Shown here: positions 62,768-64,000 of the stretch, piece by piece
Position numbering within the stretch: position 1 is the stretch's first letter
Layout: every line of letters begins with the position of its first letter
NCBI GenBank assembly: GCA_046563655.1
Contig: CM102290.1
Span: 6,882,001-6,946,000 of the forward strand
Direction: 5' to 3'
Origin: Yuukianura sp. NJ FZ-2021
Lineage: Eukaryota
DNA length: 64,000 bases
The notes under the pieces: generated by a model
What the model was told of the DNA's origin: nothing
Seen by the model: only the letters and a program-made list of their open reading frames with translations
The model's database searches: none
Made by a program: the position numbers and the translations under genes

Positions 62768-63894
62768 CGATGCTGGTCAATTCGTAAGCTCAATTTCGTA
62801 AGCAGTCAGTTCGTAAACATCCCAATTCGTAAGCCGCCATCTCGTAAGCAGCCCAATTCCTAAGCAGTCAATTCGTAAGCATGAACAATTCGTAAGCACG
62901 GCAATTCGTAAGCATTTCAATTCGTAAGCAACCCAATTCGTAAGCAAAAGCAATTCATAAACAGCAAATTCGTAAGCACAGCAAATTCGTAAGCAAGCCA
63001 ATTCGTAAGCAGCAAAAATCCTAAGAATCTATTTGCCAATTCCTTGTGTTATGTTGGTTAAAGTAAACTTTGGTCCGTCGCCTGTCCCCACCCGTTTAAA
63101 TTTTCTCGCTGCTTACATTGTACCCACCCATTGTCCCCACTGAATGGATACATTTGTCCCACCACAACCAAAAGCAGTACATCCACCTAGCGGCAATACA
63201 GTAACCTCTGAATTCAAGCCGGCAACGTTTTTTCCTTTTTGATTTGGGAAATCCTGTTGTATTTTCCCGCGCCGAAGGCGCGGCGTTAGGTTTGGTAAAG
63301 CATGCAATACTGATTATGTCTGTAGTTTAACTTATTGAGTTTCACTATGTTGATTGCATCTGCCCTTAGGTTACCACGGCGGGTGGGTACAGATTTATCC
63401 CCACCAAGTGGGTACATTTGTCTCCACCCGGTGGGTACAATGGAAGCAGCGCAAAAATTTGAACGGGTGGGGACAGGCGGCGGACCAAGGTTTACTTCGA
63501 CCGTTATGTTGGCTGAATTTTGCAATTGTATCTAACATTTTCAATTCATTGCATCCAAAGTTTTGACAATGAAAAAACACAAATAATAATAATAATATAT
63601 ATTAACAATAATAATTATTAATTATAAATTACGAATCTCAAAGATTGGCTGCTTACGAAAATGAATGCTTACGAATTCACCATGCCTATCAATTTGATGC
63701 TTACGAATTTGGGTGTTTACGAACTGGCTCTGTTTACGAATTTTCCAAGCTTATGAATTAGGATGCTTACGAATTGGGCTGCTTAGGAATTGGGTTGCTT
63801 AGGAATTGGGCTGCTTACGAATTGGGTTGCTTACGAATTGACTGCTTACGAATTGACTGCTTACGAAATTGAGCTTATGTATTGACCTGGAACC
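62768..63894. mobile_element. Foldback MITE with TTCGTAAGC-repeat arms, asymmetric ends and 9-bp TSD (MULE-like)
   Basis: TSD TTCGTCCAA at 62759-62767 and 63895-63903; ends CGATGCTGGTCAAT / ATTGACCTGGAACC. Confidence 0.9.
63056..63502. mobile_element. Merlin-like palindromic MITE (same family as 44785) nested in the 62768 element
   Basis: TSD GTTATGTT, ends GGTTAAAGTAAAC / GTTTACTTCGACC, central hairpin at 63267-63283 in the opposite orientation to the 44785 copy. Confidence 0.9.
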
Positions 63895-64000
63895 TTCGTC
63901 CAATAGAGAAAGGAGGTTGTTTAGATTTTTATAAAAAGTGACATGTATACATAGGTATATTCTTAGACCACCGGTTATTTTTTTATGCTTAAGAAGAATG

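Overview
AT-rich animal genomic DNA with short GT-AG introns, probably an arthropod given the TTAGG-like motifs; it is not prokaryotic. The first 50 kb is gene-dense: the 5' exon of a putative secreted protein, TSR2, wntless, EEF1AKMT2/METTL10, NDUFV2, a divergent MSP-domain tail-anchored protein, SLC30A9/ZnT9, ILF2/NF45, a BMAL1-type cycle, an SLC6 GABA/taurine/creatine-type transporter, Mlx/bigmax and a small single-pass membrane ORF. The last 14 kb is gene-poor. DNA transposons are abundant: (1) an apparently intact autonomous PIF/Harbinger (transposase plus MADF-BESS gene, 23-bp TIRs, TAA TSD) nested in an older TIR element; (2) a 5.2-kb foldback element with TACGG..CCGTA ends and 21-bp minisatellite arms carrying gene fragments; (3) many palindromic MITEs with readable TSDs; (4) three DINE-1/HINE-like elements and a Helitron. 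The most striking unexplained patterns are a shared internal GAA-triloop hairpin plus TTAGG core in MITEs with different terminus/TSD types, a modular MITE family with asymmetric ends and interchangeable arm repeats, and loss of the Trp-Pro switch in the CYCLE/BMAL1 C-terminal transactivation domain. Gene and family names come from recognised motifs, not database searches. Exon boundaries were read by eye.
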